Shown piece after piece: positions 12,549 through 26,620 of a stretch of 64,000 bases of DNA (position 1 is its first letter; each line of letters starts with the position of its first letter). The position numbers and the translations under genes were made by a program. Source of the stretch: Sarea resinae (taxonomy: Eukaryota); contig JAPEUD010000003.1 in the NCBI GenBank assembly GCA_026026165.1, positions 248,001 to 312,000 of the forward strand. The letters run 5' to 3'. The notes beneath the pieces were generated by a model. That model saw nothing but the letters and a program-made list of their open reading frames with translations. It was not told the origin of the DNA and searched no databases.

Positions 12549-13567
12549 ATGTGGCTTCGTCGTTTATCCAAGGCCCCCAAAGCCGACGCTGAAGAGTACG
12601 ATTCACCTCCACCTGCCCACAACAACGCCAACAGCAAGATGGTCAACGCTCATCGCATCGACAACAAGAAGACGACCCAGTTCTCACCGCAAAGCCCACA
12701 TGACGTGCCGGCTTACTCGGTCCAACCGCCGGGACGAGATTCCTTTTCGCAGCGCCCGACTGACTCGGGCTACGGAGCCATGGAGAAGCCATTGCCTGTC
12801 GGCAAAGGAGCGGTCGCTGATTTTGCCCCACCCGAACCTCTCGCGCGAGCTTTCAGTGAAGCGATAAGGCCATATACCGAGAAGATCGATCAATTGGAAA
12901 GCCAGCTCGGTGATCTACATATGTGGATTGAGCAATTGGAGACGCAGAGAGCAGAAGTCCACCAATGGATCGACAAACGCGGACTGCGACCAGGTAATTG
13001 ATGTTGTACTCCCCTCACCATCTCATAAAGCTGACATCATCCACAGACGTTCCACCGAGCATTGCCAAATTAATGGACTCTCAGCCTGATGCCGCGCAAT
13101 CGCTCAATTACCAACTCGATCGCAAAGTCTCAATGGTCGATCTTGACCTCCACCGTCTCCAAGATGATCTGAATGATTCCTCCGGGTCTTCCTACATTGC
13201 TGCCCAAGCCATGACCAAATTTCTTCCCGACATCGAGCGTCTTTCTCTGCTCCAGTCTGGCCCTCGTTTCGCCTTTGATTTACTCATCAAGCTAGCCGGG
13301 AACCTCAATTCGCACGGCGGACTCGAGATGTCTGAAGGCACTCAGGAGACCCGGAGAAGCTTCTATGAGAAGCTAGATATCGCTATGGTGGATGTTGTAA
13401 GGAGACGAGTGCAGGATCCCGAGGATTGGCCGATCATGCGCGACGTCAAACGCATCGAGAAGACGGCCGCCTACCTCAGGAACTACGGAATCCAGCCATA
13501 TTTCCCCAGAAGCATGGATGCCATGAGGAGAGAGCTAGATGGCAGGAACGGTGGTGGGTCGTTGTAG
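12549..13567 (+). CDS. Hypothetical protein with coiled-coil segment, 2 exons
   Basis: ATG in ACAACCATG context. Canonical intron at about 12994-13046 (GTAATT..GCTGAC..CAG) joins two long ORFs. No family recognised. Confidence 0.7.
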
Positions 13568-14320
13568 ATGTGCCAAGTCGACCTGTCTGCAATGCATTTG
13601 GCCCAGTACGAAAACCGCGCCCGACAGACATTTGCAACACCACTCCCCTATGCGAACATTTCACGAGGACACGAAATTTATGATCGTTTTTACAATATCC
13701 CCTGCTTCGCTTTTCCGCCAGCAACAAAGAGCAAGCGTCGCAATCTTCTTTCCCGACAGTCATCAACCTCACTGCACCATATCTCTCTTCTCTCTCTGAT
13801 ATCCGAGGATTTCCGGTTCACAGTCATGGAGTTACTGGGATGGATGGATAGCTGGACTTGGGTAGTGATAGTGATATTCCTCTTAGCATGATGAATCTCT
13901 TTTCCTATCAGAAAACGTGTTCATTTTTTGCCTGGCTCTGGCGCTATAATGGGGTGCAAGAGCACAAGAGCTGATACGTAGACTATAGAGGATCAATGAG
14001 AACATTCAACTTCATTTGGGTCTTTGTCTCCGATGTGATCGTGAATTTGGTGTCTCCAGCTGCTTCCGTGCCTGCTTGCTTTCAGGGGTTGAGCGCGAGT
14101 GGTGTTTCTCAAGTCGACCGTAGGGACCAAGTTAGTCGATGGCCCATGCGCCTATTAGAATGTCTGGGTCGCGCACCCGGACGGCTTCATCCGTCGCCAT
14201 AGCGAAAGTGAGAAAGCTGGGGAAGAAGTGGTAAAGTAGGGTTTCAACTCGACGTCGAATTGGCCTCTCCTTCTTTGTGTCTCCTTTCGAGAGACGTGCC
14301 ATTCCTTTGAATAATTCGCC

Positions 14321-17300
14321 ATGGCTCGACTCAGTCGCACTGGCTTCTTAGCCATTGCGGTGGTCTTCCATCTCATCTACATCTATTCCATCTTCGACAT
14401 CTACTTCGTCAGTCCCATTGTCAGTGGCATGCGCGAGTTCGGCGTAGAGAGGCCGGAGGGAGTCGAGGCACCTGCGAAACGACTTGTCCTATTCGTTGGT
14501 AAGTCCATGAATGCTGAGAGCCTGGCCAATTTCTAACAGGCGCATTGTTGATCTGGACGCACGGAATTGATTCTATTATTCTACAGGAGACGGCCTACGC
14601 GCGGATAAAGCTTTCCAATCCTTCCCCGATCCCTCGCCTTCAGACCCCGACGACCCTGCTGCGAAGGAGCCTCGCCCTCTTATGCCCTTCTTGCGTTCGC
14701 GCGTCTTCTCGCACGGCACCTTTGGTGTCTCCCATACACGCGTACCGACGGAGTCTCGCCCAGGCCATGTCGCACTCATTGCCGGGCTCTATGAGGATGT
14801 GTCGGCGGTGACGACGGGCTGGAAGCTCAATCCTGTCAACTTTGACAGTGTTTTCAACCGGAGCAGACATACTTGGAGTTGGGGCAGTCCGGATATCTTG
14901 CCCATGTTCAAGGAGGGTGCTGTCCCCGGCCGGGTGGATGCCGAGACGTATGGGGAAGAGGCTGAAGACTTTAGTAAAGGTGAGTGTCAACACATGGGTT
15001 GTTGAAAATCTCTTGGGGCTAGACAGGCGTGCTATCGTCAATTGGCTCAAGGCGCACTCGCGCAGGCCCTTGTGGTTTCCCTTGAAGAGCGTGCCGCCGG
15101 ATTATCGAGCTAGCATACTGACGGCCTTTAGATGCGACACACTTAGATACCTGGGTTTTTGACAAAGTCAAGGACTTATTCGCATCCGCCGCAACTGATC
15201 CCGAGCTGGATGCCGCCCTTCGAGAAGATAAATTGGTTTTCTTCCTCCACCTTCTGGGCCTGGACACGACCGGTCATTCCTACCGTCCTTATTCGCGAGA
15301 GTACTTGCACAATATTAAAGTGGTCGACCAAGGGGTTCAAGAGATTACTAATCTAATTGAAGACTTCTACGATGACGAAAAGACGGCTTTTGTGTTCACC
15401 GCAGATCACGGTATGAGCGACTGGGGCAGCCATGGAGACGGCCATCCCGACAACACCCGAACACCTCTTGTCGCATGGGGCTCTGGAGTTGCCACGCCTG
15501 TCATCTCTGATGGGAAAGCCGCTGGACATGAAGATGGATTCTCCTCCGACTGGGCCTTTGATCAGGTCCAAAGGAACGACGTTGCGCAGGCTGACGTTGC
15601 AGCGCTCATGGCTTATCTGCCTGGCCTGGACTTCCCTGTCAACTCTGAGGGCCAGCTCCCACTTGCATACCTTTCTGGAGATTCCAGGGAAAAGGCAGAG
15701 GCCGCCCTGGTCAATGCACGAGGTGTGCTTGAAATGTATAGAGTCAAAGAGAGCCAGAAGAAGGCTACTGCACTTCGCTATCGCCCATTCCCTCCATTGG
15801 GCGATGAAACTCATTCCGTAGAGCATCGAACTACGGAAATTAGGAGTCTGATTGAGGACGAAGATTACGATGCCGCAATACAGAAGAGTCACGAGCTTAC
15901 AAAGCTTGGACTCGAGGGGTTGAGATATCTACAGACATACGACTGGGTGTTCTTGCGCGCTCTTGTCACGCTGGGATATCTCGGATGGATTGCTTTCGCT
16001 TTGACAACCGTCATTGATCTGCATGTTCTTCACGGCCAGACAGAGCCTGCGAGAACAGCTGCGAGTACAATTGCGTTTTCGTCCGCACTTGTGGCGCTGT
16101 ATTCTTTTCTATGGATGCAACATTCTCGGTGGACATACTACGCATACGCCATCTTCCCCGTCGTTTTCTGGGAAGAGGTGATCGCGCGGAGACCGTCTCT
16201 GAAGCAAGGAAGCAAGGCTTTGTTTGGCCACATCAATTCGGCCGGGGGATTTTTCAAACTGTTCTTGAATCTCCTAGCTTCGCTAGCACTCTTAGAAGCC
16301 CTTGTGAGTGAAGGGTCCATGCTGCTGGCAAAATCAATACTGATATCCTGCATAGGTTCTCGGCTACTCCTACCGGGAGGTCTTCACAGTCCTCTATCTC
16401 CTCGCCCCGCTGTGGCCGGCATTTTACGGCATTGATTTCCTTCGTCAGAACAAGGTTCTCGTAACCACTTGGGCAGTATCATGTGTGCTGATGAGCACAT
16501 TTACATTGCTGCCTGCGGTGAAGGTTGAGGACATCAAATTAATGTGAGTCCAGCATGCCTAGATGCTAGAAAAGCTCTCTCTCTGATCAGATACTAGAAT
16601 TCTCGGTGGCTTTTTGATGTTTGCGGTAGGTGCTTTGTATCTTCTCTTCGAAAAAAATATCTTGTTTCAATCAAAGGCCGCCAAAGGGGCGCTGGCGTCT
16701 CCTCGGGCAGACGGACTGTCGCGCACGATATTAGGTGTACAGGTATGCGAACATCGTTACGCTTCTCGATTATATTCTCTAAGAACAAGCAGGTCGGCTT
16801 GATTGCTCTGGCTATGATCGTCACAAAATCCAGCGTCACTTCATTACAAGCCAAACAAGGTCTCCCCTTTGGCACGCAAGTGGTGGGCTGGTTGGTCCTA
16901 GGTGCGTTTGTCTTTACCCGGCCTCTCGGGACCGCTACTAATACGGTCTCCAGTCACTTCATTCATCGTACCATTCCTCCACGGTCTGCAGCCAAATAAC
17001 CACTATTTGCATCGCCTGGTCGTCATCTTCCTGACCTTTTCGCCGACCTTTATCATCCTCACTATCTCATACGAGGGGCTCTTCTACTTTGCCTTCTGCA
17101 TGACGTTAGTCACTTGGGTGCGCCTCGAACATCGCATCTATGTCTACACAACGAATCCTACTATCAACGAGAAGACGCTCTCAAGCAAATCAACCCCTAC
17201 CCACCTTCCTCCATTCCCTGGAGCAGCCCAGAAGTCAACTTCGGCAGCGGCCCCCGCAACCGGTACCCCTCAATACCGGCCTCTGACCCTTCCCGACTTC

Positions 17301-17900
17301 CGACTTACTCTCTACACCCTTGCCTTGCTCCAATCCGCCTTCTTCAGTACGGGTAACATTGCCTCGATTTCCTCATTCTCCCTCGACCCCGTCTACCGCC
17401 TCCTTCCGATCTTCAACCCGTTCAGCCAAGGCGCACTCCTGCTCTTGAAGCTGCTCGTCCCCTTTGCGCTCATCTCGGCCAATCTGGGCGTCCTCTGCCG
17501 GCGATTGCACGTGGCTCCCTCTTCGTTGTTCATGGGGGTGACGGCCATCAGCGATGTGCTGACGTTGAATTTCTTCTGGATGGTCAGGGATGAGGGCAGC
17601 TGGTTGGACATTGGCAGTTCGATCTCGCGGTTCGTCATTGTCGGCGTACTCTGTGTCTTTGTCGCCGGACTGGAGGCAGTCGGGGGCATTTTTGTCGCCG
17701 GGGTGGAGATGGGGGGAGGAGAGGTGATTGGGGGAGGCATGGATGCGGAGGTGGTGGAAAAGGAAAAGGAAAAGGATGAAGCGGGGGAAGAGAGGGACCA
17801 GGTCGAAGCCGAGAACGGAGTCGTCGGTGCTGCTAATGGCACTGGCAATGGCAATGGCAACGGCAACGCCGAGAAATCGCTCACCGGCCGGGCAGCATAG
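14321..17900 (+). CDS. MCD4: GPI ethanolamine phosphate transferase 1 (PIG-N), multi-exon
   Basis: [101 protein letters not shown]; multiple transmembrane segments. Confidence 0.95.
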
Positions 17901-18153
17901 TCTCGTTCTCCTCTTCGCCCATTGTAGCCATGCTCTTTTCTCGTTCTCCAGATCTCCCTCTGCACTGTAACATTACCAAAACCAAAGAATTCACATCGAT
18001 CAACAATAGTCATATGAGCTTATGAATCATGGCCGTATTAGCCGGCAATGCGTCGTTGGATAAATTCCAGTTGCGTGACAGCGTGACCGAGCCGGCCCTG
18101 ACGCGCTAGAAGACTCGCCAAGGGAGGCCGAGGACGAGGACGAGGATGCTTGG

Positions 18154-18167
18154 ACGCGAACACGCGT
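18154..18167. promoter_or_regulatory. MCB (MluI cell-cycle box) elements ACGCGA + ACGCGT
   Basis: Tandem ACGCG cores about 215 bp upstream of the thymidylate synthase ATG. MCB control of TMP1/CDC21 is established in budding yeast. Confidence 0.55.
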
Positions 18168-18381
18168 GCGCGACGATGAGTCAATCTCGACCTTCGACCT
18201 TCATGCAGGCCGATAGCGACGCTCTGATAGCGATACAAAAGCATCCAGGTCCCACCACCACCATCACTACTGTCACCACCATCACCACCACCACCACCAC
18301 CACCACCAAACACGTCTTCATCTTCTCTTTTCCCCTCCCCTCTCGCAATTGCAACCACCACACGGCGGCAATCGTCTCCCC

Positions 18382-19733
<1,352 letters not shown>

Positions 19734-19737
19734 TCCA

Positions 19738-19822
19738 CCGTGCCATGCCATGCCGTGCCGTGCCGTGCCGTGCCGTGCCGTGCCGTGCCGTGCTGCGCTG
19801 TGCTGCGCTGTGCTCTGTGCCA
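19738..19822. repeat. (GCCGT)n/(GCTGT)n pentamer microsatellite; (GA)n at about 20026-20062 and (AAAC)n at about 20214-20243 nearby
   Basis: Read directly in the convergent 3' region between thymidylate synthase and the LysM gene. Confidence 0.9.
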
Positions 19823-20024
19823 TGCTTGTCTCTTCCGTGCGTTATGCTTGTAGTATTAAAAATGCATGCCTAGTAGCTAGCTACCCTTGGGGAGTGCATT
19901 TCTATTTTGCTATGATTCTAGGATCCTTCTATTGGCCTGCTAGTGTAACAATAATGGGATTTGAGTAATTAGATATTACACAGTGACACACACAGAGAGA
20001 GAGGTATAGAGAGACACACACACC

Positions 20025-20064
<40 letters not shown>

Positions 20065-20249
20065 CATAGAGAGGTAGACACAGACACAGAGAGAGATACA
20101 GGGGCAGAAGACGGGCAGACAGGCAGGCGACAAGACCAGCTCCAAGGCCCCCCTCCCCTCTTCAAAAAAAAAAAACAAAAAAAACAAAAAAACGGCCCCA
20201 GTCTACCATAACCAAACAAACAAACAAACAAACAAACAAACAAGCCTGC

Positions 20250-22496
20250 CTAGTCCGCTTTCTTGCTGGAACCCAAACCAGAACCAAACGCCTGCTGCTG
20301 ACCATGATGCTGACCATGATGATGGGTATTCGGACCAAAGACACTGCTACTACCAGCTGCGGCTGCGATCCCATTCCCAGCAGCCCCAGCAGCGGTAACA
20401 GTAGTAGCAGCAGCACCAGCAGGAGTCGTCCGCCGTCCCATTGATGAAGAAAGGCGCTCTCTCACGTTACCACTGCCACCGCCACCGCCATCGCCCACAT
20501 CCACATCCAGCTCACCCGACCGCCTCGCCCTCCTTCCCACCCTGTCTCTCTCCCTCTCGTCGTCACTCGTAGAAGCGCCCACGTCAAAGGCATCGCTCAG
20601 CTCGATGAGATCGCCCCCTCCGCCGCCGGCAACCTCGCCGACCACGACGACGCCATCGCCGGCGCCCTCGGAACCCCCAACGGATTTGGACCCAGGCCCA
20701 GACACGGACGTCGAAATCCCAGGAACGCCGACAGCACCGGCGCCGGCTCCGGCTCGAGACCTCAGCGCTCGCGACTTGGCTTTGGCCTTGACCGCGGACT
20801 CGGCGGCGGTCGCACTCGGCTCGACCATCTCGGCCGCTTTGGTCGCCAGTCTGCGCATCCAGCCCTCGATGGCCGAGCCCATGTTCTCGAGACCCGAGAC
20901 GCCTCCACCATTATTGTTATTAGCTGCTCCAGGTGGCACGGCAGACGAGGCACTCGTGTCCACCGACGCGGCCACAGGGCTGTCCAAGGAGTCACGTGGG
21001 TTAAACGTAAACGCACTCGGATAGGGATGGGAGTGCGAGATGGAGATCGACGACGACGACGGGAGATGCGAGGCGAAGAGCTTGCTGAGGCCGTCTTGGG
21101 CCGGGCCGGGTGACGTGACGTCTTTCTCGAGTGTGCCGACGCCGCCGGGACCCTGGAGGTGGGCGGCGAAGTAGGAGGCGCTGGAACTGCGGGACTTGTG
21201 GCGGTGGTGTTGCTGGGAGAAAGACGAGGTGCGATGGTGGGCGTGCGAGGAGGGTGATCGAGAGCCGGTTGTGTTATCGACCGGAGGAGGCGGAGGTGGA
21301 GGGGAGGGAACTTCCATGTCCGAGAACGAAGTCGACTTCCGTCGGCTCCGCGGGAAGAAGCCGAGGGCTCGACGGGGTATTCGGGCAATTTCCACAATGT
21401 TGGGGTGGCCGTCTATGAGGACCCAGGAGTCGTGTTTCCAGGGGAGTTGTTCTTCATATTGCGAAGGATTCGATCTATCGGTCGAAAAGCTGGTCGTGCT
21501 GCATGTTCGGGGGTGAAAGCTTCTCGGTTTGTTGCTCTCGCTGGGGTCCTCGTTCGTCTGGCCTTCGAAAAGATGCAGATCGTCGCCGAGAAGATCAGTC
21601 TGCTCTGGAGGCTGACGTGTAGGGCGGCCTTTGACCGCGCAAGCGTCTACCGGCAGAACGACATGTTTCCGTATCTGGATGCTATCGTTCGGCCATAGAC
21701 CGTTTGCTTTTCGGAAAACCGCCGGTTGGCAATTGTACTTGATCATGACTCCAGCCAGCGTATCCGTAGGTGTGACAGGATGTACATAGACGAGGGCGTC
21801 ACGGTCTTCATGATCACCAGGTGGGGCAGAAGCCGATCCCCTATCGTCCGAGACCCTACGCTTATGCCTTCCTGCCGCTGCATGCCCGTTCGCCGCCAGC
21901 AGACCTTCGCGCTGCTTGGCCCGCAGTAAAGATTCTCGAGGCTCACGCGATCCAACTCCTATTTGATTCTCCTCCAAACCCGTCGGCCCCCATTGCGCAG
22001 GCGGGGCACTACTTGTAGTCCGTCGATGGTGCGTGGATTCAAGTGGACGCCTCCGCCGTGGAGCTCTGGGCACTCCGAGCTTATCTTTGGTGTCCTCGGT
22101 ATCATTCCCTAGGACGCTCGATGCGAGACCCTGCAAAGTGGACCATGAATTCTCCCACAATCCGGATCCAAACGTCGTCGGTACCGCCTGAGCGCCGCCC
22201 AAGCTGAAGCCGCCAAGGGGGCTCGGACGGCTGTTCGAGGTGGCCTGCCGAGCGGCGTTGGACGAGAGCGATCTCGACGGGTGCTTGCTCGGGATTGGCG
22301 AGACGGCACGGGAAGGACTGGGCGAGGCGAGGGGGGAGATAAGCTGAGAGCTAGAGCCGCTGGTTTGGCTTGCGTCGACGGGAAAGTCTGCGCCTTGGCT
22401 GGAATTGACCTTTCGATTTCGAGGACGTATGGCTGCCGATGTGATGGTTGAAGTCGATGAGGAGGCGAGGTTGGTGGATGAGGAGGAGGGGTTCAT
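20250..22496 (-). CDS. LysM (CBM50) domain protein, intracellular type, single exon
   Basis: 748-aa ORF containing YVHPVTPTDTLAGVMIKYNCQPAVFRKANGLWPNDSIQIRKHVVLP. No signal peptide; the rest is Ser/Gly/Ala-rich low complexity. Confidence 0.85.
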   Translation of the reverse strand: MNPSSSSTNLASSSTSTITSAAIRPRNRKVNSSQGADFPVDASQTSGSSSQLISPLASPSPSRAVSPIPSKHPSRSLSSNAARQATSNSRPSPLGGFSLGGAQAVPTTFGSGLWENSWSTLQGLASSVLGNDTEDTKDKLGVPRAPRRRRPLESTHHRRTTSSAPPAQWGPTGLEENQIGVGSREPRESLLRAKQREGLLAANGHAAAGRHKRRVSDDRGSASAPPGDHEDRDALVYVHPVTPTDTLAGVMIKYNCQPAVFRKANGLWPNDSIQIRKHVVLPVDACAVKGRPTRQPPEQTDLLGDDLHLFEGQTNEDPSESNKPRSFHPRTCSTTSFSTDRSNPSQYEEQLPWKHDSWVLIDGHPNIVEIARIPRRALGFFPRSRRKSTSFSDMEVPSPPPPPPPVDNTTGSRSPSSHAHHRTSSFSQQHHRHKSRSSSASYFAAHLQGPGGVGTLEKDVTSPGPAQDGLSKLFASHLPSSSSISISHSHPYPSAFTFNPRDSLDSPVAASVDTSASSAVPPGAANNNNGGGVSGLENMGSAIEGWMRRLATKAAEMVEPSATAAESAVKAKAKSRALRSRAGAGAGAVGVPGISTSVSGPGSKSVGGSEGAGDGVVVVGEVAGGGGGDLIELSDAFDVGASTSDDERERDRVGRRARRSGELDVDVGDGGGGGSGNVRERLSSSMGRRTTPAGAAATTVTAAGAAGNGIAAAAGSSSVFGPNTHHHGQHHGQQQAFGSGLGSSKKAD

Positions 22497-23231
22497 GGTC
22501 GGAGGAGCCGACAGCGCGAGGGTGGTGGAGATAACATGTAGAGAGCGTCACGATAGCCAGTTCGGATAGGAGTCCAGATGTCCAGTTCCTTGGATAGAGA
22601 GAGAGGGAGATCAGAAGATGCGTCCGTTGTCAGAGAAGGACGATGCGGATGAAGACGGCAATCTTGAGGGCTCGACGACCAGACAAGCAGTTGTGTGGAG
22701 TGGTCAAGATGAATTTATGTGCAGTGGAATGGATTGATTTGGTTGATGTGAGGATGGGGAAGCTCGAGTTCAACTTGCCCATCGAGGTAGTGACGGCTGC
22801 GCTAAGATAGTCGAGCGACTTCGAGCCGCGCAAGCTAAACCGTCACGTCGTGCTAGTGGGCAGAGTACCTGGACGGCCGCGGTAGATTGCGTGCAACCCC
22901 AAGTACCCGTTTCACGTGTAGCAACCATGGCACCCCCAATTCACCATCATCCCTGATTTCCGTCTTACTATGAGTATTGAGGATACATCCAGGCTCACGA
23001 CGTGATGCCCAGGCCAATGTTAACACATCTCCTACATCAATTCGTACATCTCTCGACCTGCTAAGAACCTGCGCATGAGCCCTATTCACCGTTCCAAACG
23101 CCTTTTTCTTTTTCTTTTCAAGAAAGCTGAGCCCCTGCCATCGTAGAGTTACACTTGAATCCACTGCGCATCGCTCCCAAATCAAGCCAGGTGCAGAAAC
23201 CACTCGAGCGCCATTTCGACTACTATTGGTC

Positions 23232-26200
23232 CTATAATGAGTGAAGGGCGCTAGCCGAGAGATCTCCATCGAGACCGAAAAATTGAAACCTGCAACAGAC
23301 GTGTTAGCGCACAGAGCATTGAGGGAGAAAGGCTCTTCACGAACCAGTCATCAACGTTCAGCGTTGCGGGCACAATCGGACCTTGGCCCCAAGAACTGTT
23401 ACTCCAGCTGTCATCCGGGCTTCCTGCCACGTTCTCACCCAACCCTCCTTCGTATTGATTAGGCCACCCATGCTGCGCTTGTGTTGGAGGCATCAGACCG
23501 GCAGTGATGTTCTGCATATTAGACACTGGGGAGCCATCCTGATGCCTCATCGAACGCTGCGGCAGCTGCGAAGTGCCTCCTTGTCCTGGTATGGGCGTTG
23601 AGGATGGCTGTGGCTGTTGTTGTGATAGGCTCGCATGATGCATTTGTGGAACCTGCTGCATTTGCGGGTCAAGCACGGGCTGGGCAACGGGCGAGAACTG
23701 AGGAAAAGACATGTTGACATCAGCGGGGAAGAGCTGGTTGGGCTGAAAGTTTTCCATCAGGTTCTGAGAAATCGGAGGCGAATTCCTAGTCACCAGATAG
23801 AACTCTGGAGGTGTTGGAGGAACAGAATAAGACGGATTGAAAGGCGTGGGAGGACGAGTGTTGTTGTGAGAATTACTTCCACCCATGAAGGTGTCGCCTG
23901 GATGGCGAGGGAGAGGTGAAGTCCCCGAAGTTGCCGGCATAGATGTGGTGGTGGTGGTGGATCGCGCATTAGAGGTTTCGTGAGAAGGTGTCACAGCCGG
24001 GGTTTGCGGGCGGGACCGCTCATAGGACACTTGTGGAGCGGGAGGCCCATTCGAGAGGCCGAGCTCCATGTCATCATACTTTCGTTTCAAGAGCTCATCT
24101 CTTCTCACCGCGGGTACTGGGCCAGTATTTGAGGGGAAACCAGCGTCTTGCCTCATCCGATTATGCCGTTTCCCGGCCCCTTTCTGTAGCTTCTCCTCCA
24201 GGGTCTTGTTTCCCAGGATCGACTCGAAAAGGGTGAGAACCATCTTGGCAACGATCCAGACCTTGGACACTTCTTTGAGCGCGCTCATGCACGCGTTGAT
24301 GCGTTCCTGAGTCGTGGCGACGATACTTGGGTTGGGAGACCGCATTTGATAGACGTGCATGATCAAGGCCGAGAACAAGCTGTAGACGCTGCAGAGATAT
24401 ATTAGTTTCGTAAAGGGAGTCTCTTTGGGCGGTACCTACATGAAGGCAGGAGCAAATCGCAGCTCGCCATGCGCTTCCAGATTTTCGATGATGGACGTGA
24501 TCATTCCAGCAGCCTGGAAAGCAATATTTCGAGACGGGTAGCCTCCAGCATCTAGGGAACCGCGGCCTTGAGAAGTCGCTGGAGGCGTATGCGCTCGATG
24601 AAGCAAGCAAAGTGTCGTGCTGGGAGTAAATCAGTTCGCTGCCGACATAACAGTCGTGGCAATACTCACTAGTAATTCGAATGCAAAAGAGCGGACCAAA
24701 AGTGGTGCCGAGGTCGCTCCCAGTACACTTCTTTGGGACAGTTGTGCAACCAGTCCGCCAGAGCCATGTCACTCTGTGTGAGGTCAAAGGCGTTCTGACG
24801 TCGCACTTTAGAGGCGACCGAGTATTGTTGAGCGAGCACGAGGCCCATGATTTCGCAGAGCTTGACGTATTGCAGAAAGAATTGCACATGCACTTGATCG
24901 GGAGGATACAGGCCCGGCTGATTTTGCTCATCTTCGATAAAATCGTCTTCACAGATCATCTCAATATCGAGGTCGTCCGTATTGATGTTGACTGGTCGGC
25001 CAAAAGCCACAGCAACCGAACGGTCTCGCGTGAAGAGCGTCCACCAGATACGCTTCCATAGGCGTTTATCCGCTCTGCTGAGCTGAGAGCCTTCCACGCT
25101 TTCCAGGGCTCAGCAAACGTTCATCCAAGGGAACAGAAGTTCTTACCTTCGGTGCATGCCCGAGCCTTGGGCAATAATGACGGCGACGCCGCTCCAGTAG
25201 AAGACGTTTTTCGTGACATCTAGAGTATTGTCAGACCATGAGATAAGATAAGGATCGGATGCAATTCCTACCCTCGGGTCCTTCCCAGTACCAGCCCATC
25301 AGGATCAGAGCCTGGACGATCGTGACTCGATCATCCTCGTAATTAGCATCGTAGAGAGCCTTCGCCCGCTTGTAGAATGTCAAGGCCGCTGGCGTCGACG
25401 AGCCATTCATATCCAGCAACTGCGGATTCGAACAGACTCTTGAGCCCGCGAGAAGGACGGCTTGGAGTAGCAGAAGAGATGGGGGATCTTGCGGATCCTG
25501 ATATTGCCGCATAAACCGACTTTTATTGATGACCGGGACGACGGGGGCCACCCATTTGAAATACTCTTCCACCAACTCATCACATAGGCTCCGGGGCGGC
25601 AGCAGGAATGCCCCTCGCTGGTGCAAGATGTCGATCTCGATGTTGTCTAGTCCGGTCAACCTCGACTTCGTGCCTCGGGCACCATCAGGCAGAGGATAGT
25701 GAACAACATCGGAGGTTCCATGTCGGTCGTGCACCAGCAGAGACAGATTTGACGATTCGCCAAGATAGGCCACCCTTCCAGCCTCTTTGATGGGAGCGCG
25801 GGCGAACTTGGGTTTCATGAACTGCGCGTACGAGGTTTTCTTCGCGGCGAGATCGGCCAACTTGTCCGCCGACAAGGTGGTCCCAGGAGTGCCATCCGTG
25901 GTGTTGTAAGCCTCGACGAGTTCGGAGATGAAAGCGTGCCCCGGTTCGGTCACTGGAGGCGTCTCTTGAGAAGTCGAAGTCTCGGGAGCGGAATCTTGGC
26001 CGCGATCGCTATCCACGGGTCTTCCAATCAGCATCTCCTTGACGAGATAAAGCGCTCTGAAAAGAGTGGTACCTATCGGAATCTCTCGCCTTTGCTTGTT
26101 GGCTATTCTTCTTCCTCTTCGGCGTCGGGATCTTGCATTCGATCGAGAACGCGACGCAATTGGTGCACGGCACGCCCAAGCTGGCAGCGTCGCATCGTAC

Positions 26201-26620
26201 CTGCGCTCATTGCATTAATCTCCCAACGATTCTTTGATGGTGGCGTGTAGCTGGGCAAAGGATGGCTCACTTTTCGCGCATGGCACGTCTGTTGGGGCGG
26301 AAGTACATGAAGCATATATCAGCCAAATTCGGATGTGCCGAGGCAAAAGTGTTCCAGATCCGGGGGCGGGAGCTTGGGCATACCTCACAGGCTCTCGATG
26401 CACGTCGCCTGAAGATCGCAAGATACGTCAGCATCCGATATTTTATTTCCTCATGAGACTCGCGATGCGCGCCATGAGAAGGAGAAGTTTGCGAAAGCCA
26501 GCACGCCTCCTACCTTCGGAAACTTGGATGGCCAGGCGTCTGATTGTTGGGCGCAGCATTGGATTGGGGCGTCGGGGACTCGCCGTTCGAGACGGTCTTT
26601 GGCAGGGCCGGAGCAGCCAT
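23232..26620 (-). CDS. farA: Cutinase transcription factor 1-alpha / FarA-type Zn2Cys6 regulator, multi-exon
   Basis: Spliced zinc cluster RRASRACE|TCHARK|VRCDAASLGVPCTNCVAFSIECKIP. Also FARAPIKEAGRVAYLGESSNL and fungal TF domain KRLWKRIWWTLFTRDRSVAVA. C-terminus TLNVDDW|FQFFG. Confidence 0.9.
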
